This document shows positions 1-9,189 of a stretch of DNA of 64,000 nt, piece by piece. Under the pieces are notes generated by a model that worked only from the letters and a program-made list of their open reading frames with translations, was not told the origin of the DNA and did not search any database. The DNA is from Verrucomicrobiales bacterium. Its GTDB lineage: Bacteria > Verrucomicrobiota > Verrucomicrobiia > Verrucomicrobiales > DEV007. Numbering within the stretch: the first letter of the stretch is position 1; the number at the start of each line of letters is the position of its first letter. The stretch is from the NCBI GenBank assembly GCA_965216705.1, contig OZ244203.1, positions 525,845-589,844 of the forward strand, given 5' to 3'. The position numbers and the translations under genes are program-made.

Positions 1-258
1 CCGCCGGCCAATATCGAAGAAGAGATCGAAGTAGCGATTCTCGAGCTGCTGTCAAAGCGCCGGGAAGGCGCGTCGATCTGCCCCAGTGAAGTGCCTCGAA
101 AGCTTTTTCCTGAAGCCTGGCGGGACTACATGGCTGTGACGAGAGAGACTGCCATGAAGCTGCACCGAAACGGCAAGATCGAAATTTGCCAGAAGGGCGA
201 AGTCATTGATTCTGATCAGGCTGTCGCGGGTCCGATCAGGCTGCGTTTGCCTGAGTAG
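1..258 (+). CDS. DUF3253 family small protein (5' truncated by window edge)
   Basis: Hand translation of frame 1: ...ILELLSKRREGASICPSEVPRKLFPEAWRDYMAVTRETAMKLHRNGKIEICQKGEVID...GPIRLRLPE*; matches the DUF3253 ICPSE..R / W / QKG / GPIRLR pattern. Not in the ORF track. Confidence 0.8.
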   Translation, partial: PPANIEEEIEVAILELLSKRREGASICPSEVPRKLFPEAWRDYMAVTRETAMKLHRNGKIEICQKGEVIDSDQAVAGPIRLRLPE

Positions 259-379
259 CCGTCTCTCGCTGGCGCAACTACGGGAAGCGCAAAATCCAAG
301 CTGGCCGGAACATCATAAAAACCGTCCGCGCCTCTCTATATCCTCATCGAGGGATCGCGTATCAATAACGACTCTGGAA

Positions 380-1651
380 ATGAAGCCATCAATCCTCCCT
401 GTTCTCGTCGTTTTCTTAGCGACATCGACTGCACTGCAATCGCAGGAGCCATCGTTTCCCAAAGCAGCTTCTGACCGGAACGAAGCGGCAGCCTTATTCC
501 AACGCCTGCGAAACGATCAACTCGAGCCGCTCAACGCCAACCAGTCGCTCGACCTGGTGACAGGTGCACTGGCCAAAGCCGACTCCGACGAAACCCGGGC
601 CGCTCTGCTGCAGGGAATGAAATCCGGTCTCGAGGGCCAGCGTAATGTGGACGCCCCGGAAGGCTGGTCCGAAATCAGCCGGGAACTTTCACAGAATCCC
701 AACCAGGATATTTCCGCTCTGACCCGAGAGCTCGGCCAAATCTTCGGAGATGAGGCCGCCACTCAATTGGCTCTCAAACGGCTTCAAGACAGGTCAGTTC
801 CGGGACCGGAACGACGAGCCGCCCTGCGCTCACTGGTTGCGCAGCAAAACCCGGAGCTTTCCCGCCTCCTCCCTGAATTGCTGACTCACCCCGCCATGCA
901 ACTTGATGCCATTCGCGCCTATGCCGGCATTCGGGTTGATCAAGGAGCCAACCAACTTCTCACGGCTTATCCGGATCTCGAACCCAACCTGCAACGGGCC
1001 ATCGTCGAGACCCTCGCCAGCCGAAAGGAATATGCCGAACCGCTTCTCACCGCGCTCCGGGAAGGACAACTCGACAAGAAGGCGATACCCACCTACACCG
1101 CCCGATCACTAAGCGAGATGCTGGGGCAACCGTTCACCGACGTTTACGGTGACATGAACGACTTGTCTTCCGACAAGGAACAGCTCATCGCCAAATACAA
1201 AACGCTGCTCACCGACGAAGCCGTTTCAAAAGGAGACATTCACGCCGGCAAGGCAGTCTATGACCGCACCTGCTCCGCCTGTCACATCCTCTACGGCAAG
1301 GGTGGCAAGATTGGTCCTGACCTCACCGGATCCAATCGCGCAGACCTCGATTATATTCTGCTCAACATGCTCGACCCCAGCGGCGATATTCCGGAAGCGT
1401 ATCAACTGGTCACCGTCACCAAGAACGATGGCCAGATCATTGCCGGAACCATCTCCGACGAAGATGACCAGAGGCTCATTCTCAACAGCATCGGCCTGCA
1501 GAATACCGTGCTCAAATCCGACATCAAGGAACGCGCAACCAGCCCCTACTCGATGATGCCGGAAGGACTGCTACTGACTCTTCCTGACAAAGACGTCATC
1601 GACCTTGTCAGATATCTCCGCACTACTGAACCCGTTGCCGCGAAGCCATGA
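380..1651 (+). CDS. Secreted HEAT-repeat + c-type heme-binding protein (C-terminal half of the PVC-type heme/dehydrogenase family)
   Basis: Signal-peptide-like MKPSILPVLVVFLATSTALQS from ATG 380; CxxCH (CSACH) followed by GGKIGPDLTG and SPYSMMPEGL, typical of the PVC putative heme-binding domain. Confidence 0.85.
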   Translation: MKPSILPVLVVFLATSTALQSQEPSFPKAASDRNEAAALFQRLRNDQLEPLNANQSLDLVTGALAKADSDETRAALLQGMKSGLEGQRNVDAPEGWSEISRELSQNPNQDISALTRELGQIFGDEAATQLALKRLQDRSVPGPERRAALRSLVAQQNPELSRLLPELLTHPAMQLDAIRAYAGIRVDQGANQLLTAYPDLEPNLQRAIVETLASRKEYAEPLLTALREGQLDKKAIPTYTARSLSEMLGQPFTDVYGDMNDLSSDKEQLIAKYKTLLTDEAVSKGDIHAGKAVYDRTCSACHILYGKGGKIGPDLTGSNRADLDYILLNMLDPSGDIPEAYQLVTVTKNDGQIIAGTISDEDDQRLILNSIGLQNTVLKSDIKERATSPYSMMPEGLLLTLPDKDVIDLVRYLRTTEPVAAKP

Positions 1652-3909
1652 AGCTCATCCCTGCCACATTCCTGCTACCCTGTCTCTCGCTGACGACGAC
1701 CTTCGTTTTCGGTAAGGAACTGAAGACGAGCAATGCGCCCTTTCTCACTCCGGAGGAAGCCGTCGCAAAGATGGAAGTCGACGACGAATTCGACATCTCC
1801 ATCTACGCCGCCGAGCCCGACATCGGTGAGCCGATTGCTTTCACTTTCGACGGGAAGGGACGGATCTGGGTGGTGGAAAACTACAACTACGTTGACCGCC
1901 GCAGCCATAAGGAGGGTGAGGAACTGACTCGTATCCAGATCTTCGAAGATACCGACGGAGACGGTGTCCATGACACCAAGAAACTGTTCACAGACGAACT
2001 TACCTTCAGCTCAGGCATCGCGATAGGGTTCGGCGGCGTCTACGTCGGCATGCCCCCCTACCTCGCGTTCATTCCCGATGCCGATGGTGACGACAAGCCG
2101 GATGGCCCTCCTGAAGTTTTACTCGACGGTTGGGGCATCCAGGATCGCCACGAAACCCTCAACAGTTTCATCTGGGGACCCGACGGCTGGCTTTACGGAT
2201 GCCACGGTGTCTTCACCACTTCAATGGTCGGCAAGCCGGGTGACAAGGAAGACGACCGGCAATTTATCGATGGCGGCATCTGGCGCTATCATCCGACCAA
2301 GGACGAGTTCGAGGTGTTTGCGCGAGGCCTCTCCAACCCCTGGGGTTTCGATTTCAACGATGAAGGGCAGGGATTTGCGACCTGCTGCGTCATTCCCCAC
2401 CTCTTTCACGTGGTCCAGGGCGGATACTACCACAAGCAAAGCAAACCTCACATCAACCCTTACGTGTACGATTACATCACCACGATCCGTGACCACACTC
2501 ACCGCTCAGCCCACGGCGGCGCCCGCTTCTACCTCGCCGACGCCTTTCCCGAGGAGTATCACAATCATCTCTTCATGTGTAACATCCATCAGCACCAGGT
2601 CCTGACGGATTATATGCCGCGGAAGGGCTCCAGTTTCATCGGAAGCCACGGATTCGATTTTGTCACCACCAATGATCTTGCCTGGGTGGGTTTCAGTGTG
2701 CTGACGGGGCCTGAGGGTGGTGTCTACATTCTCGACTGGCATGACACTGACATTTGCGGCAACGCCATCAACTTCCCAGACAGCGGACGAATCTATCAGA
2801 TCATGCCCAAGGGGGCAGAACCCATCGAACGGCCTGACATCTCTTCGCTATCAGATATCGAACTCGCCAAGCTGCAGACTCACCGCAATGATTGGTACGT
2901 GCGTCAGGCCCGAACCGAGTTGCAATACCGCGCTCATTCCGGAGACCTCGATCAGGCCGCCGTCTATGGAGAACTTCTCCAGCAACTTGGCTCTGCCACC
3001 ACTTCCGGCAAAAGACTCCGTGCCCTCTGGGCCCTCCACGTTACGGGCGGGCAAAACAACGCGACCCTGACCAGTATGCTGACCCACGATGACGAATACG
3101 TCCGGGCATGGGCCATCCAGTTTCTCTGCGAAGATCGCAATCCGGGTGACGAAGCGTTAGCCAGGTTCGCGGAGCTGGCAGAGAATGATCCTTCCCCCGT
3201 CGTTCGGCTTTACCTGGCATCCGCCCTCCAGCGAATTCCTTTCGAGAAACGCTGGGACATTCTCTCATCCCTCGCCATGCACGAGGAAGACGTCGAGGAC
3301 AACAACATCCCAAGAATGCTCTGGTTTGCTCTTGAACCGATGGTACCGGAACACCCAGAGAAAGCGTTGGAGGTGGCAATGGCAGGGAAAATCCCTCAAC
3401 TCCTGACTCACACCACCCGCCGCCTCGTCAGCGGATCAGTCGCCCCGGCCGGGCCGAAAAGAGCCGGTGTGATCCAACCGTGGCTCAAGGACGTGCAAAG
3501 AATCGCTCCCGGTTTCCGCCTTTCCAACGTCTCCACCATGACTCAGCTTCAACCTCGCTTGCAGGAGGGGTTTCGAAATGAAACGGTTCTTCAGACTCAC
3601 CCGTTGAACAAAGAGGCGCCCGCGGTTTTCTCTCAACACCTCGACGTTCCAAAGGGTAAAACCACCAAGCTCAAGATTCGAGTCAGCTATCATCCTCATG
3701 GTGATTGGCAGCTCAGGGTACTTGTCGGTGACGAAGTTCTCGATGATCGAATCATCAGCTACGCCAACGTGAGCGACGAATGGCTGGAACTCGAATACGA
3801 CCTGACCAAATACGCCGGTCAGCATGCCGAGCTCAGTATCGAGAACGGCGCCAATGACTGGAAGAATGAGTTTGGCTACTGGAGCTACATCAAGATCGTC
3901 AGCGAGTAG
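1648..3909 (+). CDS. PVC-type putative membrane-bound dehydrogenase (sorbosone/glucose dehydrogenase-like propeller + HEAT repeats + C-terminal jelly-roll-like domain)
   Basis: Signal peptide; EPIAFTFDGKGRIWVVE, HETLNSFIWGPDGWLYG, GLSNPWGFDF, GPEGGVYILDWHD motifs; HEAT segment DPSPVVRLYLASALQR; ATGA overlap with the upstream gene. Confidence 0.85.
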   Translation: MKLIPATFLLPCLSLTTTFVFGKELKTSNAPFLTPEEAVAKMEVDDEFDISIYAAEPDIGEPIAFTFDGKGRIWVVENYNYVDRRSHKEGEELTRIQIFEDTDGDGVHDTKKLFTDELTFSSGIAIGFGGVYVGMPPYLAFIPDADGDDKPDGPPEVLLDGWGIQDRHETLNSFIWGPDGWLYGCHGVFTTSMVGKPGDKEDDRQFIDGGIWRYHPTKDEFEVFARGLSNPWGFDFNDEGQGFATCCVIPHLFHVVQGGYYHKQSKPHINPYVYDYITTIRDHTHRSAHGGARFYLADAFPEEYHNHLFMCNIHQHQVLTDYMPRKGSSFIGSHGFDFVTTNDLAWVGFSVLTGPEGGVYILDWHDTDICGNAINFPDSGRIYQIMPKGAEPIERPDISSLSDIELAKLQTHRNDWYVRQARTELQYRAHSGDLDQAAVYGELLQQLGSATTSGKRLRALWALHVTGGQNNATLTSMLTHDDEYVRAWAIQFLCEDRNPGDEALARFAELAENDPSPVVRLYLASALQRIPFEKRWDILSSLAMHEEDVEDNNIPRMLWFALEPMVPEHPEKALEVAMAGKIPQLLTHTTRRLVSGSVAPAGPKRAGVIQPWLKDVQRIAPGFRLSNVSTMTQLQPRLQEGFRNETVLQTHPLNKEAPAVFSQHLDVPKGKTTKLKIRVSYHPHGDWQLRVLVGDEVLDDRIISYANVSDEWLELEYDLTKYAGQHAELSIENGANDWKNEFGYWSYIKIVSE

Positions 3910-3970
3910 GTGCTGGTCGACAAGGGGGCGACACCGGTTTAAATACTGACCGTCACCTTCCAACCCGCCT

Positions 3971-4792
3971 ATCAGCTTTCATCCCGACATCTGGAAACTT
4001 CACGACGCCGCGATCGCCGACGGCGAGACTTTCTACGAAGATCCGGACTCCGGTTTCCTCGTCTTCACTTCGGCAGGTCTGGAGGCACGCGGCAAGTGCT
4101 GCGGCAGCGGTTGCCGGCACTGCCCCTACGCTCATGAGAAGGTGCCTGAAGATCGCCGTGGCGACCTCATTCAGCAGGCTTCGTGGCTCAATCCGTTAGT
4201 GAATCCAGCCGCCCCGGCGGACCTTCTTTTCTGGAGCGGCGGTAAGGACAGCTTTCTCACGCTTCGTGAAATCCAAAGAAGCTCCTCAAACCAAACGGTC
4301 CTGGTCACCACATTTGATGCTCATCTGAGAAAGGTCGCCCACCAGGAGCTGGATCTCGCTCTCATCGTTCGCCAGGCAAAGCATCTCAGTTTGCCCCTTC
4401 TCGGCATTCCCCTTCACCCGGGTCGCGACTACGAAGATGCAGTTCGCCCCGCGCTAAGTCTTGTTCCCAATCCTGCCCGCCTTGTGTTTGGTGATCTCCA
4501 TCTTGAACCTATTCGGGGATGGCGGGAACAGGCGTTTGAAGAAATCGCCCAAAACCTAGCGACTCCCCTCGCCTTTCCACTTTGGCACGCCGACTACGAA
4601 TCTCTCATCGGCGACCTCGAAGCCTCCGGCATCATCTGCGAAATTTCCGCCATCACGCCTGACGCGAAGAATGCTGTTCAAATCGGAGATCATTTCAATC
4701 GCGCGCTGATGGAATCACTTCCGGAAGGAGTCGACCGGTTTGGTGAAAACGGTGAATTTCACACCCTTGCCAGGGTCTGGGACACGGCCTGA
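3971..4792 (+). CDS. DUF5522-like Cys-rich domain fused to diphthine-ammonia ligase-like PP-loop ATPase (start uncertain)
   Basis: The frame is open from 3950. It encodes YEDPDSGFLVFT...RGKCCGSGCRHCPY in frame with WSGGKDS, FGDLHLEPIRGWRE and DRFGENGEFHT. First canonical start is GTG 4142; ATC 3971 is used here provisionally. Confidence 0.7.
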   Translation: MSFHPDIWKLHDAAIADGETFYEDPDSGFLVFTSAGLEARGKCCGSGCRHCPYAHEKVPEDRRGDLIQQASWLNPLVNPAAPADLLFWSGGKDSFLTLREIQRSSSNQTVLVTTFDAHLRKVAHQELDLALIVRQAKHLSLPLLGIPLHPGRDYEDAVRPALSLVPNPARLVFGDLHLEPIRGWREQAFEEIAQNLATPLAFPLWHADYESLIGDLEASGIICEISAITPDAKNAVQIGDHFNRALMESLPEGVDRFGENGEFHTLARVWDTA

Positions 4793-4903
4793 TCCCGATT
4801 TTCCCGGAGCCAATCCGGGTTTGGACGCTCACGGATTTGCATGAACCGGTCTTAGATGACAGCAGGACCTTGAGGGCGATACCTTGGACTATCCGCTGTT
4901 ACC

Positions 4904-5911
4904 ATGAGCCATCACCCCCAGCAAGGTTCACCGGTCGCCGTTTTCCTGACGATCTATCTTTTAATATCACTGGCAGTCGGAGGTGCCATCTTCCTACTCG
5001 TTAAGGGCCAGTCAGTGGGAGAGCCTGTTGACGTGGTTGATTCGACCGAAACCTACACGCCACCAGCCACCACAACTGAGGCCCCCAAGGCAAAGCCTGA
5101 ACCCAAGCCGAAAGCTCAAGACACTGTGGCGAGCACTCCGATTGAAGCCCCTGAAAAACCAGTCGAAACCGCTCCGGAACCTGAGCCCCGGCAAACCGTC
5201 ACGACGGAACCCGAACCTGAGACCAGATTGTCACCGGAAGAGATCGCCGAGATCGAAGCCCTTTACCCGTTCCCCGAGATCAAACCTCTCATGGAGATTG
5301 TCGATAACTGGCAAAACGTTCCCGAACGAGCCTATCCCAAGTTGGTCGCGATCAAAAAGTCGGTCGAGTTCCAGGTCATTCAGAACGGTCAAGTTGTCGC
5401 CAACGGATCGATGCCATCAGGAGCCATGATGGTCCCCGCACGTCTCAATGGCGATCAAATCACCCTCACGGCGGGAAACACAGTTCCTATCACTGTCACT
5501 ATTCCGGTTGAGGACACGGATTTCAAAGAACTCATCGAATTGCGCTACAACGCCTTCATTGAGGATTCCCGCGCCGGTATTCTTGCCCGTCGCGAAGCGG
5601 AGATGAATAGACGACTCGGTGCCATCGCCAAGGAGGAGTCAATGACCGACTGGAACGACGGATCCGATCCACGCTTTGAGCCAGCCAAGGTCAGCCTTCA
5701 GAAAGGCGAAGTCGGCAACTACACGATCTACGATGCCACCAAGTGGCGCTGGGCCGGCACCGAAAAGGACGGAGACACCGAATACGAAGTTGCCTTTGTG
5801 CTCATGGTTTCTGAAGCCGCCTTCGGCGTCACTGAGCGCGAACTCAAGGTCTACATGAATGAGGGCAAGGCCGTGAAATGGGTCGATCCGACCACGAATG
5901 AGGCCATCTAA
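4904..5911 (+). CDS. Hypothetical membrane-anchored protein with Pro/Glu/Thr-rich linker
   Basis: 335-aa ORF; one N-terminal TM (VAVFLTIYLLISLAVGGAIFLLV), low-complexity PKAKPEPKPK/PEPEP linker, globular C-terminus. Confidence 0.75.
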   Translation: MSHHPQQGSPVAVFLTIYLLISLAVGGAIFLLVKGQSVGEPVDVVDSTETYTPPATTTEAPKAKPEPKPKAQDTVASTPIEAPEKPVETAPEPEPRQTVTTEPEPETRLSPEEIAEIEALYPFPEIKPLMEIVDNWQNVPERAYPKLVAIKKSVEFQVIQNGQVVANGSMPSGAMMVPARLNGDQITLTAGNTVPITVTIPVEDTDFKELIELRYNAFIEDSRAGILARREAEMNRRLGAIAKEESMTDWNDGSDPRFEPAKVSLQKGEVGNYTIYDATKWRWAGTEKDGDTEYEVAFVLMVSEAAFGVTERELKVYMNEGKAVKWVDPTTNEAI

Positions 5912-6017
5912 TCCCCTGGTCTCGAATAAGCAGAGCTTCTAATGGCAGTAGATGCCCTGCTAATCACAGGAAATGCACAGATCAGATCTGAGCCTTCCTT
6001 CATCATGAAATCAGAAG

Positions 6018-6059
6018 CTGAAACCGAGACATCCGGGCCACTAAGTTTCTGAAACCGAG
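6018..6059 (+). repeat. 11-bp direct repeat CTGAAACCGAG x2, 31 bp apart, upstream of DUF1800
   Basis: Exact copies at 6018-6028 and 6049-6059 in the intergenic region. Confidence 0.5.
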
Positions 6060-6095
6060 GGGGCCGGAGTTCAACCCAGAACTGCGTATACCCAA

Positions 6096-7751
6096 ATGAA
6101 AATCAAACCCTCAATCGATCCGAGGACCGCATGGGAACCAATGACGGACGCCATGTGGACCGAGGACAACATCCGCCATCTCCTGCGGCGAGCCTCCTGG
6201 ACGGCACGCCCCGTGGACACTCGGCGACTAGCGACCATCGGTTCCGAAGGGGCCATGGACTATCTCTTCAAGCAAGCCTCTTTCCCCAATCCCCATCCGG
6301 TCATTGAGGCTTTCGCCGACAAGATTGACTCGGAACTCGGCGGTGAGATGAGCGAAGCCATCACGTGGGCCCAGACCGAACCCAAGCTCAAGGACCTTGT
6401 CCCCAAGATAAAAGCGCGGAACTATCGCGACCCCTATGTCCGCGCCATTGTCATTGCTCACTACGGCAAACTGAGGAAGGATTCCATTCGCGACGAAGGC
6501 AAGCGCCTCCCCAACTTCGAGACCCGGTTTGGTCACAACCAGGCGTGGACCGACTATGCCTACGAGTGGCTCAAGATTGCGAGCAAACCGCAGAACGCCG
6601 CCTTCGAGAAGATGAACCTGTTCCTGCAGAACATTCTCGTGGTGAACCGGGACTCCCTTCGCAACAAGCCGGACTTCCTTGCAATCATACACAACCACCA
6701 GAATCTGCTACGCGCCAACTACCACGGCTCGTATCGGGACATGGTTAAGAAAATGTACAAGGGCCGCGGCATGGGTTACATGCTGGACGTCATCGGCAGC
6801 ACCAAGGCACGGCCTAACGAAAACTTCGCCCGCGAAGTGCAGGAACTCTTCGTTCTCGGCGTCGATCGAGGATACACCGAGGACGACATCAAGGAAGCCA
6901 GCAAGGCCTTCACCGGTTACGTCATCGACCCGTCGACCAATCCCTACACAGTCACACCGGACGACCAGGAGCTCGTTCTCAATGAAGCCCTGCACAACAC
7001 CGACCGGAAGAAAGTCTACGGCCGCTCGCGTGACTACAACGGCGACGACATTGTTGATTTGGTCTTTGAACAGGAGGAGGCCGAAACCTACATCCCCTGG
7101 CTGCTCAGCCACCACTTCCTCGTCGAAGACGGGCTCTCCTGGGAATACCTCGAACCACTCGGCAAGCAGTGGCGGGCCAACGACTTCAACTTTGCCTGGC
7201 TCGTGAACACCTTCTTCACCAGCAAGGTCTTCTACGATCCACAGTTCCGCGGGCAGATCTACAAGAGTCCGTTCCAGTTCTACCTCGGACTGCTGCAGGA
7301 CCTCGGTCTTCAGGTCGAGCCTACCCCCGAGATCGTTCGCGAACTCGACTACCTCGGGCAACCGTTCTCCGATCCACCGGACGTGAACGGCTGGGACGGT
7401 GGTGCTTTCTGGATGAATAACGGCACCATCAATTCCCGACGGGTCATCGTGGACCGCCTCTTTTCGGGTGACTACCGGCGTGGCATGAAGGGCACAACGA
7501 GCACCTCCAACTCGCAATACTACACCGTGAGCGACGACTCAGTCCGCCAGTTCATCACCGCCGGCGACAAATCTGACGCGGAGATCGTGGAGCATTTTAT
7601 CACTTACCTGCTCCCTCTCAATCCCAGTGAAGCCTACACCCGGCCGCTGTTCGATTACTACCACAAGGCCGAAGGCGATGACAAACGCGTCGAGGCCCTC
7701 AAGAACGTCATCCTCGCGATTCTCCAGTCGCAGTACTACCAGATTTGCTAA
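6096..7751 (+). CDS. DUF1800 family protein
   Basis: HLLRRA, EKMNLF, RPNENFAREVQELFVLG, YTEDDIKEASKAFTG, KSPFQF, LGQPF..PPDVNGWDGG motifs; directly upstream of DUF1501. Confidence 0.9.
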   Translation: MKIKPSIDPRTAWEPMTDAMWTEDNIRHLLRRASWTARPVDTRRLATIGSEGAMDYLFKQASFPNPHPVIEAFADKIDSELGGEMSEAITWAQTEPKLKDLVPKIKARNYRDPYVRAIVIAHYGKLRKDSIRDEGKRLPNFETRFGHNQAWTDYAYEWLKIASKPQNAAFEKMNLFLQNILVVNRDSLRNKPDFLAIIHNHQNLLRANYHGSYRDMVKKMYKGRGMGYMLDVIGSTKARPNENFAREVQELFVLGVDRGYTEDDIKEASKAFTGYVIDPSTNPYTVTPDDQELVLNEALHNTDRKKVYGRSRDYNGDDIVDLVFEQEEAETYIPWLLSHHFLVEDGLSWEYLEPLGKQWRANDFNFAWLVNTFFTSKVFYDPQFRGQIYKSPFQFYLGLLQDLGLQVEPTPEIVRELDYLGQPFSDPPDVNGWDGGAFWMNNGTINSRRVIVDRLFSGDYRRGMKGTTSTSNSQYYTVSDDSVRQFITAGDKSDAEIVEHFITYLLPLNPSEAYTRPLFDYYHKAEGDDKRVEALKNVILAILQSQYYQIC

Positions 7752-7784
7752 CCCACGGAGAAAACCCCTAACAGAAATATCACA

Positions 7785-9071
7785 ATGAAAAAGCTCAGCA
7801 AAACGCCTCATCTGGCCACCCGCCGGGAATTTCTCCGCGGAAGCGCAGCCACCGGAACCGGGCTCATGGCACTGGGAACATTTGCTCCCCGTTTCCTCGT
7901 CGACACGGTCGAGGCCGCCGGCTCTGCCGCCCTCGACAAGGACGGACGCATCCTTGTTCTCATCAAGCTTGGTGGCGGAAACGATGGACTCAACACCGTC
8001 GTTCCGGTCAACAACGATACCTACTATGAGTATCGCCCTAACGTGGCGATTCCGAAGAAGGACACGCTCACAATCAACGAGGATCTCGGCTGGCACCCGA
8101 TTTGCACGGGGTTCAACGAACTCTACCAGGACGGCAACCTCGCCATCATCCAGGACGTCGGCTATCCAAACAGCACCCGAAGCCACTTCTCGGGACAGGA
8201 TTTCTATGAACGAGCCGGCGGGCTCGAGTTCGTCGGCTCAGGATGGCTCGGTCGTTATCTTGACTCGGAGTGCCCCACTGAAAACATTGCCGAGCGTGAT
8301 ACGCCCGTGGCCACCCACATCAGTCGCCACCTGCCCATTACCCTTCGTTCAAAAGAACCGCACCCGGTGTTCTCGATGCTGTCCTCCGACGTGAGAGCCC
8401 TGCAGTCGCGCTCCGTTGCTGACGACGAAGCGGCCGAACTCCTCAAGCAGACCGTCATGGCCGGCGCCAATGAGGAGAACGAAGCGGTCAACTACCTCAA
8501 CATGGCCTACATGAGCGCCCTCGTTACCGAGGAGCGAGTCAGGGATTCCATCGCTTCCTATAAACCTGATGTCGAGTATCCCTCGACCAACCTCGGTCGT
8601 GACCTCCAGGCTGTCGCTTCGATGATCTCCGACGAAATGGGCACGCGAGTCTACTCGCTCGATACGGGAGGTTTTGATACCCACAGCAACCAGCTGCAAC
8701 GACATGAAACGCTGCTTGGTAATCTAAGTGGTTCGATCAACGCCTTCATTCAGGACCTCAAGGCCAAAGGGCTCGACGACAAGGTCATCGTGATGCCTTT
8801 CTCCGAGTTCGGGCGCCGCCCCTACGAAAATGGATCAGGCGGAACAGACCACGGTTCCAACTCGGCCTTCTTCGTTGCCGGCACAGCAGTGAACGGAGGC
8901 ATCTACGGCAACGCCCCGAATATCCCGACCGACCGCCGCAGTGACCTCAAGTTCACCGACAGCTCGATCGACTTCCGCCAGCTCTACACCACGGTTCTCG
9001 ACCGCTGGCTCGACGGCAGCTCGGCCGAAGTTCTCAAGGGCAACTACGCCCCCATCGACTTCCTCACCTGA
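7785..9071 (+). CDS. DUF1501 family protein with Tat signal
   Basis: TRREFL twin-arginine motif; LVLIKLGGGNDGLNTVVP, SHFSGQD, GGFDTH, FSEFGRR, GTDHG, IDFRQLY motifs. Confidence 0.9.
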   Translation: MKKLSKTPHLATRREFLRGSAATGTGLMALGTFAPRFLVDTVEAAGSAALDKDGRILVLIKLGGGNDGLNTVVPVNNDTYYEYRPNVAIPKKDTLTINEDLGWHPICTGFNELYQDGNLAIIQDVGYPNSTRSHFSGQDFYERAGGLEFVGSGWLGRYLDSECPTENIAERDTPVATHISRHLPITLRSKEPHPVFSMLSSDVRALQSRSVADDEAAELLKQTVMAGANEENEAVNYLNMAYMSALVTEERVRDSIASYKPDVEYPSTNLGRDLQAVASMISDEMGTRVYSLDTGGFDTHSNQLQRHETLLGNLSGSINAFIQDLKAKGLDDKVIVMPFSEFGRRPYENGSGGTDHGSNSAFFVAGTAVNGGIYGNAPNIPTDRRSDLKFTDSSIDFRQLYTTVLDRWLDGSSAEVLKGNYAPIDFLT

Positions 9072-9189
9072 GGAAAGGTCGATGGGCCCAAAATCATCAT
9101 GGTTGGATGAATAAGAGAGTCGTGTTGGTAGAGGATGCCGGCACGGCTCTCGCCTTCTCCCTGGATAGGATCACCAACCCGAATCCGGG

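Noticed and set aside
206-379. N-terminal 58 aa of ORF 206..1651
   Set aside because: Overlaps the DUF3253 gene end; the signal peptide begins at ATG 380.
4814-4825. 12-bp match TCCGGGTTTGGA with its reverse complement near 57035
   Set aside because: Only two copies of a short sequence; compatible with chance, so not called a REP.
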